DNA of 64,000 bases. Origin: Eledone cirrhosa. Its lineage: Eukaryota. Positions within the stretch are counted from its first letter, which is position 1. Every line of letters begins with the position of its first letter. Position numbers and translations under genes: made by a program. Positions 26,657 through 39,867 of the stretch are shown here, piece after piece. The notes beneath the pieces were generated by a model. It saw only the letters and a program-made list of their open reading frames with translations, searched no databases and had not been told where the DNA came from. The DNA lies in the NCBI GenBank assembly GCA_964016885.1, contig OZ024746.1, positions 6,944,001 through 7,008,000 on the forward strand. Reading direction: 5' to 3'.

Positions 26657-26923
26657 AGGAATTGCTCAAGCATAGAAATACTATAAAGCTTACAAAATAG
26701 GGTGAAGACGGGAAAAGAAGTTGCCACTGGCTGCTATCAGAAATTGAACCCCCATATCTTCCAGATACTGGCTAGACACTTTGACCTTTAAGCTAAGGAG
26801 CCATGATGACAAATTCCTTGCCGGGGTTCAATTCCTCGGGGCGGCCGATGGCAATTTCTTTTAAGGGTCTTCACCCCATTTTTTAAGCAATCGTTATAAG
26901 ATTTCTGTGTTTGAGCAGTTCCT
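26657..26923. mobile_element. Fold-back element 4, with a tRNA-Thr(AGT)-like head (26728-26802, minus strand)
   Basis: GGCTCCTTAGCTTAAAGGTCAAAGTGTCTAGCCAGTATCTGGAAGATATGGGGGTTCAATTTC resembles tRNA-Thr; the right arm is an inverted B box plus tail; solo copy at about 36353-36490. Confidence 0.7.
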
Positions 26924-28060
26924 TTATACTTATATATATATATAAGCTTTTGATTCCAGAGTCGGGCCCAATCGACACAGATCGAACCTTGAGCTGATCA
27001 ATTGCGAAATACGCGTCACACCTCAATAATTGTAATATAAAATTTGACACCTCATCCATATTATATATATATATCATCCATAAAAAAATCTATTGGATCT
27101 TAATATTTACAGTGCAATATTTAACAGTGTAAATCTAAACCGATAACGTTTAAGTTGATGTCAGGATCATTATTGATTAAAAATGTTATGTGCCTATCAT
27201 TGACTTTCCTAACATTTTTCAACTTTCACATAACTTCCATATTTAGAGAGACAAATTGATTTTCACAATATATATTATTCAGAGTTTTAACGTTTTGCTG
27301 TTGATAAATATTGCTTCTTGCGTGTTTTTCTTCCTTGTGTTGAGGCATTCAATATTCTTCTGTCTATTTAGTTGTTTCAAGCTTCACAAATTCCTCTGAA
27401 AGATTGAATGCTTTTATTATTCAAGTCCAAAAAGAAGAGAGGGTTATTTTCTGGGAAAATGTGTTTCAAAAGCAGAGGATCCGCCAGCTAAAATTAATAC
27501 AAACCCAATTACCTTTAAACAGTTGGAATTTCACCATAGTGTGAAATTCTAGCTCAAAATAAACTCAAAGATTGTCGTCTAAAACCTTTACATGTTGATG
27601 ACTTGATTGTTTCGCTCAAAAGTAGATAAAATATCGTAGCATACCGTAACTACATTTTATTGCCCTGCCCACGACTTTGTTCCTTTGTAACTTTCTTAAT
27701 ATTGAATATTTTAAATAAAGTTTCACAGAGATACATTTCCCATGATCTAGATTATGTTGATAAACATTTTTAAACTTTATTTAACATTGTGAATACTTTC
27801 ATTGTTGTATAATGTTTCGTTAATACTTTAATTTTAATATAAGAGACTGTTGTAGTTTGCTTGAAACATTGTATATTGAAAGCTATTATTACCATTTTGA
27901 TAAAGGGATTTTTTCTCAAAATGTAGGTATCTATAAAGAACTATAAGGTACACTCTGACAGTATTGCTATCATTTTTAACATTTATTGTCCAATTCATTG
28001 ATAGCTTTCAAACAAAACACTATTTTCTATTTAAATGTAAACACGGAATATATTTCATTC

Positions 28061-28505
28061 CATCATCATCATCACCGTTTTACGTCCGTTCTTCCACGTT
28101 AGCATGGGTTAGACGGATTGTCCTGTTGTGGGCAGTGTCCGGTCGGCTGACCTTGTCTTGCTCATACAGGAACTGACCCTTGCTTGATTTCTACAAGTGG
28201 ATGCCCTTCCGAACACCAACCTCATTTACAGTGAGTGCTGGGTGCTTTATTGCCATGGCACCTCCAGGACCACTTTGCAGTGGGAGGGGGTGGGGGCATA
28301 TTATCTATATGCTTCAGCTTCGGCTTGTACCCGTGGGAAGCCGGGTCTTCTGTATTACTATGTAGCGCCAGAGGTCACGGTCCTGTGTCATCGCCTTTGA
28401 GAGGTGCAATTGGGTAAGGTCGGCTTTTATCACCTCATCCCAGGTCTTCTTGGGTCTCCCCACTCCGCGGCTTCCATCGACTTCTAGCGCTCTGCACCTT
28501 TTTAA
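28061..28505 (-). mobile_element. RTE LINE 3' end
   Basis: CRALEVDGSRGVGRPKKTWDEVIKADL followed by a 3' UTR ending in (GAT)n. Confidence 0.8.
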
Positions 28506-29457
28506 TAATATCTATCAGGATAATGTAAATATTATACAATAAAGCAATGTCATCTCTACAAGGATGGATTGAACAAAGAAATGTTTTAACGTTAGAGCAC
28601 TCTGTTGGAGTTGGATGGATACAAACTTTGATTTCTTGTAGCAGTTGCTGATCACTTCTGACCATAGAGCTATTGTACCATATTTTCTACATTATTATTT
28701 ATAGCAATTGACTGTTGTTACAATCTCTCCTGCGTTTGGGATACCCACATTTTCTAAAATGAATTTTATATTACTTAGCCCTTTGATAATTTATATACAG
28801 TTGATGTGTATAAATTACTAAGGTTGGAGACGAAAGGGCTGAAAGGATTGGCCTGTTGCCAGACAGGAAGTAGACTAGTGACACCTAGAGAGAGAAACAA
28901 GGATCATCATGATCATCACCATTTTACGTCCATTATATATATATATATATATATCCTTGTTTCTCTTGCCAAACAAGGGCAAGGGAGACCCTTGTGTCAA
29001 GAACATGACGACCTCCCTAATGTTGCTCTACATGAATACAACCAGTACATGCTGTAAAGTGATTGGTGACAGAAAGTTTCCAACACAAAGGGCAGGACCC
29101 TTCAGTTATGTCAAAGACAACCTCTCCTGTTCACATGGTAGAACATGAGACCGTACATAAGCTGACCCCTCCGCCTCACCAGATCAGTAGGCCTACATCA
29201 ATACTGGCTTGGTCTATGTAGACCCATCCAACCCTTGTTAGCAGGGAAAGCGGACATTAAAATGATGATGTGTGTTCTTTGTTTGAGAATGGGCCATGTC
29301 TGAAGAGTAGGGATCCTGTCAAATAATTGAAATACCTTTCTCTGCCAAGAAACTTTAAATCAGGAGCAACCAATGATCCAGAGTTTTGACATGATACAAC
29401 TGCCAATGTTCCAAGGTCCACACACTTGTGCTGAACTACAATATGATAGTACAACTG

Positions 29458-29641
29458 TAAGAGGGTCAGCTGAAAACTTCCTAGGCTGACTATGAAGGAG
29501 TGATACTAGAGCTGTGAAATCTAGCATGCATTAATTTCAGCTCTTCCTATTAGTAACTGTATTTTTCTTTCCAGGGACTATTTTGAAAAATAAACCTTAT
29601 TTGGTTATTCCGTGACAGTAACTTTTCATCCGACCCTCATA
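29458..29641 (+). mobile_element. Mariner-type MITE
   Basis: Same family as 42613-42814. Confidence 0.75.
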
Positions 29642-29679
29642 TAGCTTTTTGTCCTTCTGGTGTATATTCTTGCTGCAAA

Positions 29680-29890
29680 TTACCTCAGTAGCTGAAGTAG
29701 TCAGCATCACCTTGATTATGTTCCACACCTGATGTGCTCTGTCCTTGGCAACATCGAATGTTTCCACTGTGATCACTGAGCTTTGGGTTCCAGGCCATAC
29801 CCACATCTACACTTCTCATCTCTAGTTATCACAGTATTGCAAATACAATGAGTAGGTAGTAGAGCTCCTCACACATTGGCTGCCTGACAG
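29680..29890 (-). mobile_element. Mariner transposase relic (first catalytic Asp region)
   Basis: NTVITRDEK..GYGLEPKAQ*SQWKHS..RAHQVWNIIKVMLT, similar to ITGDETW-YGYDPETKAQSSQWKH..KVMLT. Confidence 0.7.
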
Positions 29891-30789
29891 CGACTGATGC
29901 ATCAAGAGAGCATACCAAATACCATCTACATGATGTGGCCAGCAGTGATGTGGCATGACAGCAAGTGAAGTTTGGAGCACTGTAGGGTTTCACTGTAGGG
30001 TTTCACTGTAGGGTTTCACTGTAGGAGTCACTGTGATGTTCAGCACTGTTGTGCCATCTGCCACTGCAAGAAAAGGGAGCAGCTTCTGTCTTTTTATGTT
30101 TGGAATGCACTTTGCCCTTATAATGTTGGTGTTTGGAGCATAACTTAACAAAGGTCCTTACATAAAATTATTAGAGAATGTTTTTAGATAAATATAAATC
30201 CTTTAAAACAAAGTTTTCTATTATAGAACTAGAGGCAGGTTTGGTATCAAAAGTGTTAAACTAATTTTTTTTTCATATATGTTTTAGAGACTTTATCTGC
30301 AGGAAGTTTCAAATTTCAAAGTCGGCAAAAAGTTCTCCACTCCTGCTCAATGTGATCACCCAGCCTGCTACAAATAACAGCTAAATTTCCTTCAAACCAC
30401 ATCCTGCCATTTTAAGAAATGGAGAACATATGTATTTTATCATATTATTGTAGATTATCGGTGGATTGGCAGTATCGGTAGAGGGTCGGACACCATGCTT
30501 TGACGCATAGAGTTACGGCCCTTGCCATTCTGAGTTCAAATCCCACTGAGGTTAACTTTGCCTTTCATCCTTACGGGGGTCGATAAAATAAAATACCAGT
30601 AATGCACTGGGGTAATTGCTGGCCTTGTGCCAAAAGTAGAAACAATTATCATTGTAGATCACAAGTCAACCACCTGAAATAATGGACACCTTAAACTATC
30701 CTTATCCTCTAGCTTAGCCTATCTTCTTCTTATCGAGTTGCCACACTACACCCATCCAGTATTGCAGAGCCTTGCCTGGAGTATTAAGG

Positions 30790-30960
30790 TTTCAAGCTCG
30801 TTAAGTGTTCATGAATCTTCAAAACTGGGGCAATCTAGGTGCTCCATAGTTTGTAATTGCCCACACTGGCAGTTGGAATCATCATTGGTAGCAAATTCCC
30901 GTTTCTGAGGGTTGTCCCTACAGCGACCAACAGCTGTTCAGGCAGAACCAGAAGACCATG
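30790..30960 (-). mobile_element. Ingi/Vingi-like LINE C-terminal zinc-knuckle relic
   Basis: TAVGRCRDNPQKREF..NCQCGQLQTMEHLDCP. Confidence 0.55.
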
Positions 30961-31326
30961 CTGTATTTTGTATAATATAATCCTACATACAATATGCGTG
31001 AAATTACTGACTTAAATGACTTTGATCATAAGTTTGTTCAATCAGAGCTGCCCTCAAGTGAAATACACCAATGACAGATGTTCCTATCACAATATTTTTC
31101 TCTATCTACAAAATTCGAGAAAAGGATGTTTTTGTTTTTTTCCCTTTTTTTCAAAATCAGTTGCCAAGACAAAAGAAAACAATCATATTTTTAAAAAAGA
31201 GTTTATCATGAAAATTGTATGAAAAAAATAACATCAATGGTGGATGGAAATGATTTAATGAATCAATTCATGAGTTAAACATCCAGGGTCCCTATGGAAT
31301 GTTGCTTTTTGGGGTAAATCTATATA

Positions 31327-31371
<45 letters not shown>

Positions 31372-31402
31372 ATATATATATATAAGTCTGTGTATATATA
31401 TC

Positions 31403-31442
<40 letters not shown>

Positions 31443-31567
31443 AATGGTAGCTATGGTGCTTCCATAGGCGGTATGCCAAAATTAGCACTCAATATTCATA
31501 CAGAGCAGAGTGTGAATAGTATAAAAAAACTAAAAATCAGTGATGCATCTGGACTCAGTTTATTGCG

Positions 31568-31781
31568 TGTTACAATTGTTTTGTCGGCAGGTAGCTCGAG
31601 ACATGATCGCTGTAGGGATCTGGCTGATTCTACGGCTGTAGGTTCCTTCGGACACGGGCAGTTCGTCCGGAGAAAATTTTCTCAAAACTCCCCGTGTCCG
31701 AAGGAACCTGCAGCCGTAGAATCAGCCAGATCCCTACAGTGATCATGTCTCGAGCTACCCGCCGACAAAACAATTGTAACA
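31568..31781. repeat. GC-rich hairpin with 91-bp arms, 32-nt spacer and 3 transition mismatches
   Basis: 31568-31658 versus 31691-31781. Confidence 0.9.
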
Positions 31782-32034
31782 TATGTATATATATATATAT
31801 ATATATACACATGCGTGTGTATGAGTTTGTGTGTTTGTCTGTAGGTCTGCATAGATTTATTTGATTATATGACTTTATATGATTACATGTATACGTAAAT
31901 GTGGGTGACTAGTTGTTGTAATGTATCTATATGGGTATATAACTGTATATGTGTAAGTGTGGCAGTAATATCTGTGAGAGGGAGTGTGTTTATTTGTATA
32001 TATGTGTAAGTGTGGCTGTAATATCTACGAGAGG

Positions 32035-32073
<39 letters not shown>

Positions 32074-32257
32074 GCTGTAATATCTGCAAGAGGGAGTGTG
32101 TGTGTGCGTCTGTGTATATATATATGTGTCTGTCCATACAAGCTGTCAGAGCTGCCATAGAAACCCAAACTCTAATACAGTCAGTGGAATAATGAAACAT
32201 TATTATTATAATGAATCACCATCAGATGACAAAAAGAAAAAAAAACAATAAAATGTT

Positions 32258-32305
32258 TCAGAAATGAGAACTCAAATGGTCAATTTCCATCAGATCATCA
32301 ATAAT
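32258..32305 (-). CDS. CPSF1: CPSF160 terminal coding exon
   Basis: tttcag|IIDDLMEIDHLSSHF*; compare the CPSF1 C-terminus ILDDLLETDRVTAHF. Confidence 0.9.
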   Translation of the reverse strand: MIDDLMEIDHLSSHF

Positions 32306-32869
32306 CTGAAAAATAAAGAATATGATAGATAAATAGATAGGTAGGTAGATAGATAGACAGGTAGGTAGATAGATAGATAAATCTCTTTATTAGCCACAAG
32401 GGCACAAAAGAAGGGGACAAATACAAATGGGGAGTTTACATACAGGTATATGAAAATAAAACTATTAATAAAATAACAAATAACAATTGAAATCCCCAAT
32501 AGGGGGGAGGCGTTACACAGGGGTTGTACACACCCCGAAAAAATGTACAACATTCATCTCCAGGAGCACCAAGAGTGAGTACTCCCCTCCTCTCTTTCTC
32601 TTTTTCCTCAACCTACAGGCTTATATATAGATAGATAGACAGGTAGATAGATATAGTAGATAGACAGGTAGATAGATATACAATTTCATCAATATAAATA
32701 AATAAAAAATTTAATGAATACAAAAAAAAAGAAATTCTCTCAAAAATGATAAAAATTTAAATACAATAATAATAATAACCATCACAAACTATTTTCCAAT
32801 CACCTCCCAACACACACAGATACACACACAGATAGACACACACACAGACACAGATTCACAGGAATAAGA

Positions 32870-33250
32870 ACATTGCATGTACGTGTTTGTGTATACATGT
32901 ATATGTATATATGTTTGCATACATATGTATGTGTGTATACATATACATGTGTGTATACATTTATGTGTGTATATATACTATATGCATGTGTGTAGACATA
33001 CATGTGTGTATACATGTATTTGTGTGTATACATATGTATGTGGACATACATGTGTGTATACATGTATGTGTGTGTATACATATGTATGTGGACATACATG
33101 TGTATACATGTATGTGTGTGTATATGTATGTGGACATACATGTGTGTATACATGTATGTGTGTGTATACATATGTATGTGGACATACATGTGTGTATACA
33201 TGTATGTGTGTGTATATATATATGTATGTGGACATACATGTGTGTGTGTA
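32870..33250. repeat. TG/TA-rich minisatellite in the last CPSF1 intron
   Basis: Direct inspection. Confidence 0.85.
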
Positions 33251-34267
33251 ATGAGAAGTTAATACACAGGCCTGCCAACAATAATTTGATATTGCATGAA
33301 TAGAATACACACCTGGGCTTAAAAGATTTCAGGTGTTTTAACTTGAAATCATGTTCTTAAGAGATTGTGCCATTGAACTTACTTTACAAACACAACCTTA
33401 AGAGAAAGTTGTAATCTTTTCAAATTAAACTAAACTAATTCTAAGAGGAATTTCTTAGACAACTCTTCCGCTTTGTGAATAATTTGAAAATATCTTGGGA
33501 AAATATTCCAGACATTCACGTTTGTTAAATGTGTGATTATCATGCTAAAGATCTAGTTTATGGCTTTCTTCTGATTCCATCCAGTAGTGAGAAGTAAACT
33601 GGTGCAGCTAACAGGAGATAGAATTCTTTGTTACATTTGTTCCATCGTTCTGGTGTTCTGTGTTCAAATCCTGTTGGGGTCAACTTTGTCTGATCTTTCT
33701 TTAAAGTCAATAAAGTACCGAGAGCCTAAAGATCTTATGGCTTTCTTCTGGTTTCAACCAGCGGTGAGAAGTTTCAGTTTACTATATATTCACACTATCA
33801 AAGCAACAATATGGCATCTCTGTGTATTATGAGTTCAAATCTCACCGGCGTCAATTTTACATTCTATCCTTGCAAGGTTGATAAAATAAGTACCAGTTAT
33901 GTACTGGGTCAATTATTTATTCATACTCTCTCTCAAAGAAATTAGTATTATTCAGGCCCCAAAAGAGATGGGCTCTGCCAGGTATAAATGTCCAAAACAC
34001 ACCTGACATGAGCCATGGCAGGGCCCCTACATTTCCACCAAGATTTCAGGGCCCTTGCATGGGCTCAATGGATTTACTCTGTGAAATGATTAAAGCTGAC
34101 ACACACATATAGTTTATTTATGTCTCACACACACAATACATAATTCCCTGTATTGTTCCAGTTTTATAATATATACTGCTGAAGTTTATACAAAAAGACA
34201 GGTTGGTCTGTTTGATTAGGCTTACCTGATACTAATCAACAACAACAATGAACAAAGCAAAGCTTAC

Positions 34268-34406
34268 CTGATCAACAGTGATACCGATACGACGTGCGAC
34301 TTCACTCTTCTCAATTACACTTAGATTGGTATATTTCCATAGCAGCTCACCATCAAGAATGTTCCGACTTGGGTTGAACAGTTCCGGGATAGTGGCTCTT
34401 GCAGCC
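34268..34406 (-). CDS. CPSF1: CPSF160 exon
   Basis: AARATIPELFNPSRNILDGELLWKY...RIGITVDQ; AG/GT borders, phases 2 and 0. Confidence 0.95.
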
Positions 34407-34482
34407 CTGAAAATATAAATAATCAAATAATTACAAAACAAATTAATTAAATACAAAATAAAAGGTGATATAGAAATCATAA

Positions 34483-34668
34483 TACAAGGGTTGGCTGAAA
34501 ACTTCATAGGCTGACTGAGAAGGAATAAAGCTAGGGCTGTGAAATCTTACATGCATTAATTTCAACTTTTATTGATAATTGCATTGTTTCTTTCCAAGGA
34601 TTATGTTGGAAAATAAACCTCATTTGAGTATCTTGGTCAGCCTATGAACTTTTCAGCTGACCCTTGTA
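34483..34668 (+). mobile_element. Mariner-type MITE with TA target duplication
   Basis: TA-CAAGGGTTGGCTGAAA...TTTCAGCTGACCCTTG-TA. Confidence 0.85.
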
Positions 34669-35619
34669 ATTTGATTATATATCAGTTGTGTCCCCTATAA
34701 ACTGACCAGCAGTATCATGGCTTAACAAACATCAGTAATATCATCATCATCATCATGCCATATTTAGTATGAGGTGTTAGGAAGGCCAACAGATTATAGA
34801 AAACCTACCACAAAAAATCTTCTCCAATCCATTTCTAGCATTATTAGAGCTTGACTCAGATCTGTTCAACCTTCACAATGCTAATATTTCACTACCACAC
34901 ATCATCAATCTGCCCTCCAGTTGGAGAGAGAATTCTTTTGTTGCCAGCAGAAGTGATCCTTTCCAGCCTGTTTTTACTTTGGCTAAACCAAAAGTTTCTG
35001 TAAACCGAATTACATTTACAAGGCTTTAGTAGAAGTTACTTGCCTTAAAGAGTCATGCTATGGGACTAAACTACCATCTTCGAAAAAAAAAGGGGGGGGG
35101 GGGGGTAAAGACAGTGGCTGAGGGTCAGAGACTCATGTGAAAGAAAAATATGATTATTGTGATCTAGACATATGATACTAATGGACAATGAATGCTGAGT
35201 TAAAATATCAATATGTTGTATAGCAGGCCCAACTAACAACCCCTTGCAAACATGAAATAATTGATGTTGACAATGATAATAATTGTTTTTACTTTTGGTA
35301 CAAGGCCAGCAATTATCCAGTACATTACTGGTACTTTATTTTATCGACCCCGTAAGGATGAAAGGCAAAGTTAACCTTGGCGGGATTTGAACTCAGACCA
35401 TAAAGGGCCGTAACTCTTTGCTGCAAAGCATGGTGTCCGACCCTCTACTGATACTGCCAATCCACCGCCCTAAATGTCTTAATAATGATATAATAATAAT
35501 GAAATTATTGTGTACAGTGCTCAGGTGCACTACAAAGATAAATGATGACGATGATGATAATGTGATAAATATGATATACAATCAAAGAAAAAATGTGAAA
35601 ATTTTGACTTGAAAGATAC

Positions 35620-35749
35620 CTGTATGCCTTTGGATTAAGGCCAGCTATGTGTGGAATAAGAGTTGCCATAGCATTCTGCAACATAAGTAAGCGGCGATAT
35701 ACTTTCTCAGAAATAGGCATCACAAACCCAATACTGCCATCAAGGGTTG
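35620..35749 (-). CDS. CPSF1: CPSF160 exon
   Basis: [37 protein letters not shown]. Confidence 0.95.
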
Positions 35750-36539
35750 CTGTAATAATAAGAATTAGGTTATGTCAAAAACAGTAGAAATAAAGCAAAA
35801 CAAGAAAATATTTAACAAATATGAATTTCTAATTATTGTACAGGGTAGAGGACTTTTAAGTCCAGTAAGACAATCTCTCTAGTGCTGGTGACACAAACAA
35901 TACACCCAGTCCACTCTGTAAAGAGGTTGGTGATAGGAAGGGCATCCAGCTAGTAAAACCCAGCCAAAATTCATCATCATCATCAGTCCAACCTATGCAA
36001 GCATGGAAAAGCGGACATAAAAATGATGACGATGTAGAAATGTAATTACTATTGAAATTCATTTCCATTGAAATGAGAGAGAGAAGAAGGCTGCAGTTGA
36101 CAGCATGAAGGAAGCTTTGGAGCAGGAGGGAGGAGATAATTTGGCCAACACTGCTGACCTACCAGTGAGAAGGTGTTATGGTCGAAACAGCCAATGTTGG
36201 ACACCATCTGATGACATGAAAGCCTCCTGGTGAAGGCTATGTTCAGTGAAGGTGAATAAATGTAAGGCCTCTTCTTGAAGATGTTTGGGAAGATGCAGCA
36301 CAACAATTAAATACAAACCATCAACTCCTTCAAAATCAATACAGTAAGAGTTGTCACGGTCCCTTGGTTTAATGGTTCAAAATAGCCAGTATCAGGGAGA
36401 TATAGGGTTCAATTCCTCATAGCAATGGCAACTTCTTTTTCCGTCTATAAGGGTCTTATTTTATAGCCTCCCTGTACATGAGCACACCGTTCTTTACATT
36501 GACAATTGACAATTTTTGTTTTTTAATACTGTAACTTAC

Positions 36540-36698
36540 CAAAGAAAGTTATATGTCTTTTTTCAGCAACACTAATCATTTTACGGTCTATTGACTGATC
36601 TGATAATTTACATCTGACTCGGAAAGTACTAAGAACGTGTGATCCAATGTTCATATCAGCTCTCCGTAGAAGTCTCTGCCCACCACAACTTTTCCTTG
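36540..36698 (-). CDS. CPSF1: CPSF160 exon
   Basis: ARKSCGGQRLLRRADMNIGSHV...KRHITFF. Confidence 0.95.
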
Positions 36699-36904
36699 CT
36701 AAATAATTTAAGAAAAACAATAGACAAGAAATATTTAGAAATTCTCATAAAATAGAAATTATAGTCAAAATGTAATTGAAAATATATTTTTATCTCCCAA
36801 AAATATATTTTTTAAAGTTAAACCCTGAGTCATCCCAAATTAAGCCAATCTATGAAGAAAGATTTCCCAGGTGTGACCCTCATGTCTTTAAATATATATA
36901 TGTA

Positions 36905-37315
36905 GTGAAACATGGGCTGTGACAGTAGAGGACATATGTAGACTGGAGAGAAATGAAGCAACCATGCTTTGTTGGATGTGTAATGTAAATGTAAGAGAAA
37001 GACAGAGCTTGGACGTGTTGAAGGATTTAAGAGGAATTCAAGGTGGTATGGAGGAGAGAAGACTGTACTGGTTTGGATATGTGATGTACATGGATGATGA
37101 TCAATGGGTGAAGAAGTGCCAGGAAATGCCAGTGGAAGGAAGCTGCTGTAGAGGAAGACCAAGAAAGACCTGGGCAGAGGTGGTGAGAGCTGATCTCAAA
37201 TTATTGAGATTCACTGAGGTGATGACAAAGAAGCGCGGTGAGTTGAGAGATGTCGTGTTGAGAAGAACCCATTCAACCCATGCAAGCGTGGAAAAGTAGA
37301 TGTAAAAATGATGAA
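36905..37315 (+). mobile_element. RTE LINE 3' fragment
   Basis: RLERNEATMLCWMC..RRLYWFGYVMYM..RGRPRKTWAEVV followed by the RTE tail. Confidence 0.85.
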
Positions 37316-38089
37316 GACTACATTATCCAATTAAACGATACTTTTTTTTACAAACAAAGAACAGTAAGTTGTGATTTGAATATTTGGCTGTTATTTCTAG
37401 CAGGTCAATCAACAGGTTAGAACCTCCTTGACACATGATTAGATGTTGTTTTGTTTGTCTTAATATTACGAAATATATAATACAACATTCTTTCCTAAAC
37501 ATCAATGGAGATAGCTTCTCTAGTTTCTAGTACTTTTATGGTTTCACACTTAAACACAAATAATCCCCCTCAATGTCTTTGACAAACTGATACCGACAGA
37601 AATGTCACGATTATACAACTTTAACATAACAATTCTCTCCAAAAACAAGTAGCGATATTTTACTCAGATTTATAGGGTGGTGGAGTGGTAGGATCAGTAG
37701 AGCATCAGACACCATGTTTTGTGACATAGAGTTGCAGCCCTTTACATTCTGAGTTCAAATCCCAGCAAGGTTAGCTTTGCCTTTCATCCTTACAGGGTCA
37801 ATAAAATAAAATACCAGTCACGCACTGAGGTCGATTTAATCGACTTTCTCTTCCCCAAAAATGATTGTCCTTGTGCCTAAATCAGAAACTATTTTACTTA
37901 GATACAGTAATTCCTTACATAGCACCAACACCAGAACCAGGAACAAAGATCGTCTACCCACCCCACAACGTTATAAACCAATTTTAATATTAACTGCAAA
38001 GTTTAATAATTTCTCCGAAATAGATTTTACATGTTGGCTTTAAACAAAGAAACTGTAATATATGATAAACAAAGAAACTGTAATATATG

Positions 38090-38520
38090 ATGACATGACA
38101 AAAAGCACCCAGTCCACCCTGTAAAGACATGATAAAAAACACCCAGTCCACTCTGTAAAGTGGTCATGTTGATGACATGACAAAAAGCACCCAGTCCACC
38201 CTGTGAAGAAGTCATGTTGATGACATGACAAAAAACACCCAGTTTACTCTGTAAAGTGGTCATGTTGATGACATAACAAAAAACACCCAGTCCACCCTGT
38301 GAAGAGGTCATGTTGATGACAATAAAAAGCACCCAGTCCATCCTGTAAAGTGGTCGTGCTGGTGACAATGAAAAAGTACCCAGCCCAACGTGTTAGTTGG
38401 TTGTGCTGGCGACACAACAAGCACCCAGTCCACCCTTTAAGGTGGTCGTGCTGGTAACACAATAAAAAAGTACCCAGTTCAACCTGTCAGCTGGTCGTTG
38501 TGGTACCATGATAAAAACCA
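38090..38520 (+). repeat. Diverged tandem repeat (about 57 bp) derived from the RTE/SINE 3' UTR motif AAAAGCACCCAGTCCACCCTGTAAAG
   Basis: Same motif occurs at 59385-59470 and 39017-39090. Confidence 0.7.
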
Positions 38521-38816
38521 CCCAAATAATCCCCCAAAATATATAGTGCCACATCGCCAGACTGAAGAGCAGATCGATAATGGGGTCAGGTCCATAACTT
38601 CTGTGGGGGACTCTGAGCCAATTCTCTGTGAAATGCGCATAACAGGTTGATACACAATAAAACATTAAATGCTTGTAAATGAAACTTGATCATTCTTATT
38701 AATATAGACTCTGCTTGTGCATTGATTGCTTGTTTTGGTACTGCCAACCAGTAATTCACTGAATCACACACACACACACACATATATATATATAGAGGCA
38801 CATACATATTTAGATG

Positions 38817-39198
38817 GAGGCACATAGCTTAGTGGTTAGAACATTGGCCTTGCAATCGAAAGGTTGTGAGTTCAATTCTCAGACCGGGTGATGTGTTGTT
38901 TCCTTGAGCAAGACACTTTATTTCACATTGCTCCAGTTTACTCAGCTGTAGAAATGAGATGATAGGGACTGGGGTCCCTATAATACCACTGCAAATTGGT
39001 TGTAGAGGTGCCACGGCAAAAAAGCACCCAGCCCACACTGTAAAGTGGACGTGTAGGCGCCACGGAAAAGCACCCAGCACTCACTGTAAATGAGGTTGGT
39101 GTTAGGAAGGGCATCCAGCTGTAGAAATCAAGTCAGAATCAGTTCCCGTCCCACCCTTGCAAGCTGGGAAAAGCGGACGTAAAATGATGATGATGATT
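38817..39198 (+). mobile_element. Full-length SINE family B with RTE-derived tail
   Basis: tRNA-like head, core, then GGTGTTAGGAAGGGCATCCAGC...GGACGTAAAATGATGATGAT as in the RTE 3' end. Confidence 0.85.
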
Positions 39199-39819
39199 AT
39201 ATGAAATGGTTCAGGATCCCGACGGCAGAGCTCAAGCTGTTTCAATGGCTATATCTGGACTAAATTAAATTTTTTTAACCTTTTCCTATTACCCACTCTA
39301 CTACTCAAAGTATCGAGTACTCTGGTGCATTATGGTCCACCTAGTTCCTTACCTCACTTCCTTCATTATACATATTTATATATATATAAATGTGTGTATG
39401 TGCAGGTGTGATTCAAGTGTTTTCATTAATCAAATCAATCCCAGTACTTATTTCAATCCAATGCTTATTTTATCGATCTCTATTTATCAAACTGCTAAGT
39501 ATTAGTTTTGAAAGTAACTCAACAATGGCTTATACACCAGTAAACATAATCACAGACTTAATTATATTCATTAAAATTAATTTCCAACAAAAGAAGTACG
39601 TTTGGAACACAACAAGTGAAGTTTAGAATTGAAATCGAAGCTTTCGCCACCCATCTTATTCCATTCAGTGGCTTTATACGCCTCATTATTAGACTATATT
39701 ATAGTAAAAAATATCATGGCAAAGCTACTATTTCTATTTCAATTCCAATTTCCAAGAAATTCTTTTTAAATTGTGATGAAATATGTGAAAATAATTAAAT
39801 ATATAAAATAAATAAATAC

Positions 39820-39867
39820 CTTCAGGTTGATAAAAGTAAACAAGCAAATTTTTCAACCTGTCTGTTA
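39820..39867 (-). CDS. CPSF1: CPSF160 exon
   Basis: VTDRLKNLLVYFYQPE; 48 nt, phases 1 and 1. Confidence 0.9.

Noticed and set aside
26728-26802. Functional tRNA gene (also 26082-26150 and the SINE heads)
   Set aside because: Acceptor and anticodon stems are mispaired and the sequence is embedded in a dispersed repeat; treated as a tRNA-derived head
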